DNA of 64,000 nucleotides, from the NCBI RefSeq assembly GCF_963921235.1, contig NC_086097.1:236532001-236596000 (forward strand). The letters are read 5' to 3'. The notes under the pieces were generated by a model. That model did no database searches. It worked only from the letters and a program-made list of their open reading frames with translations, and was not told the origin of the DNA. Origin of the DNA: Mobula hypostoma (lineage: Eukaryota). Made by a program: the position numbers and the translations under genes. Below, one piece after another: positions 63,190 through 64,000 of the stretch; positions within the stretch are counted from its first letter, which is position 1; every line of letters starts with the position of its first letter.

Positions 63190-63400
63190 ACCGCAGAGGT
63201 GCATATCGATCTCACGAGAAATGTGTCTCCGCTCCACCCAAACATCATCAACAGCTCCGCAGTTAACTCTGCTTCGGCACTCAGCTTCCTGAGCATCGTT
63301 ATTTCACAGGATCTCGTGTGGGAGAATCACATCTCCTTCATTAACAAAAAGACTTGGCAACACACATTTTCGAGGTGTGTGATAAGGTCCATGCAACACC
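63190..63400 (+). mobile_element. Very old Rex1/L2-like RT remnant
   Basis: ORF 63199-63480 contains SFLSIVISQDLVWENHISFINKK, resembling the FLGV.IS.DL.W motif. Confidence 0.55.
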
Positions 63401-63589
63401 GTTGCTTGTGCTGCAAAAGTTGTTCCCATGACACACACACAGAGGCAACTATTACTCGCTCAGTAATAACACAGCATTAGACCTATCTAAAATTCATCAG
63501 TCTTCCAGAGGAAAGTGTTGACCGCGATGGAGCTCTGCAAACTAGTATACTCTCCATAAAGTCCATTGGACCATTTGAGAGGAATAATA

Positions 63590-64000
63590 ATTCAGCCATG
63601 ATTGAATAGCACAGTAGACTCAATGAACCATATGACGCTATTCTGTTCTTATGCCTTATGGTGTTTTATGACCACAAGACCATAAGATATAGGAGGAGAA
63701 GAAGGCCATTTGGCCTAACAAGTCTGTTCCACCATTTTCATCATGGCTGATCCATTTTCCTTCTCAATTCCAATCTCTTGCCTTTTCCCCACATCTCTTC
63801 ATGCCCTGACTAATCAATAATCTATCAACCTCCCCCTCGTACCCCATCCATTATTTATTTTTATACACACATTCTTTCTCTCACTCTCCTTCTTCTCCCT
63901 CTGTCCCTCTGACTATACCCCTTGCCCATCCTCTGGGTTTCCCCCCCACTTGTCTTTCTCCCTGGGCCTCCGGTCCCATGATCCTCTCATATCCCCTCTG
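63590..64000. mobile_element. Two CR1 3' ends tail-to-tail (junction near 63668), then the start of a Penelope pLTR at about 63830
   Basis: cttatgccttatgg versus ccacaagaccataagatatagg. The pyrimidine-rich pLTR body matches 53995-54190. Confidence 0.7.

Overview
Vertebrate nuclear DNA, most likely from a cartilaginous fish such as a ray or shark. This is inferred from the repeat content (CR1 LINEs, V-SINE-like SINEs, Penelope-like elements, Rex1/Babar). I found no convincing host exon, rRNA, tRNA gene or CRISPR array, so the window looks intronic or intergenic. Nearly every long ORF is a retroelement fragment or its antisense shadow. The window is a nested mosaic of CR1 (dominant), Rex1/Babar, Penelope-like elements with minimal hammerhead ribozyme motifs, RTE-derived non-autonomous elements, one L1, one Hero (RLE) 3' fragment, a solo LTR, and Tc1, hAT and PIF/Harbinger DNA elements, with a few AT-rich TE-free islands. 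Most notable observations: (1) a hammerhead-like motif with all three helices but a permuted, pseudoknotted strand order in the Hero 3' UTR (47650-47729); (2) two inverted copies 30 kb apart of an unclassified element with perfectly conserved blocks and variable spacers (32280-32480 and 62340-62570); (3) palindromic Penelope-derived insertions carrying head-to-head hammerheads and target-site duplications (TSDs); (4) an L1 insertion with a twin-priming 5' inversion. All calls were made by eye without database searches, and boundaries of old repeats are approximate.
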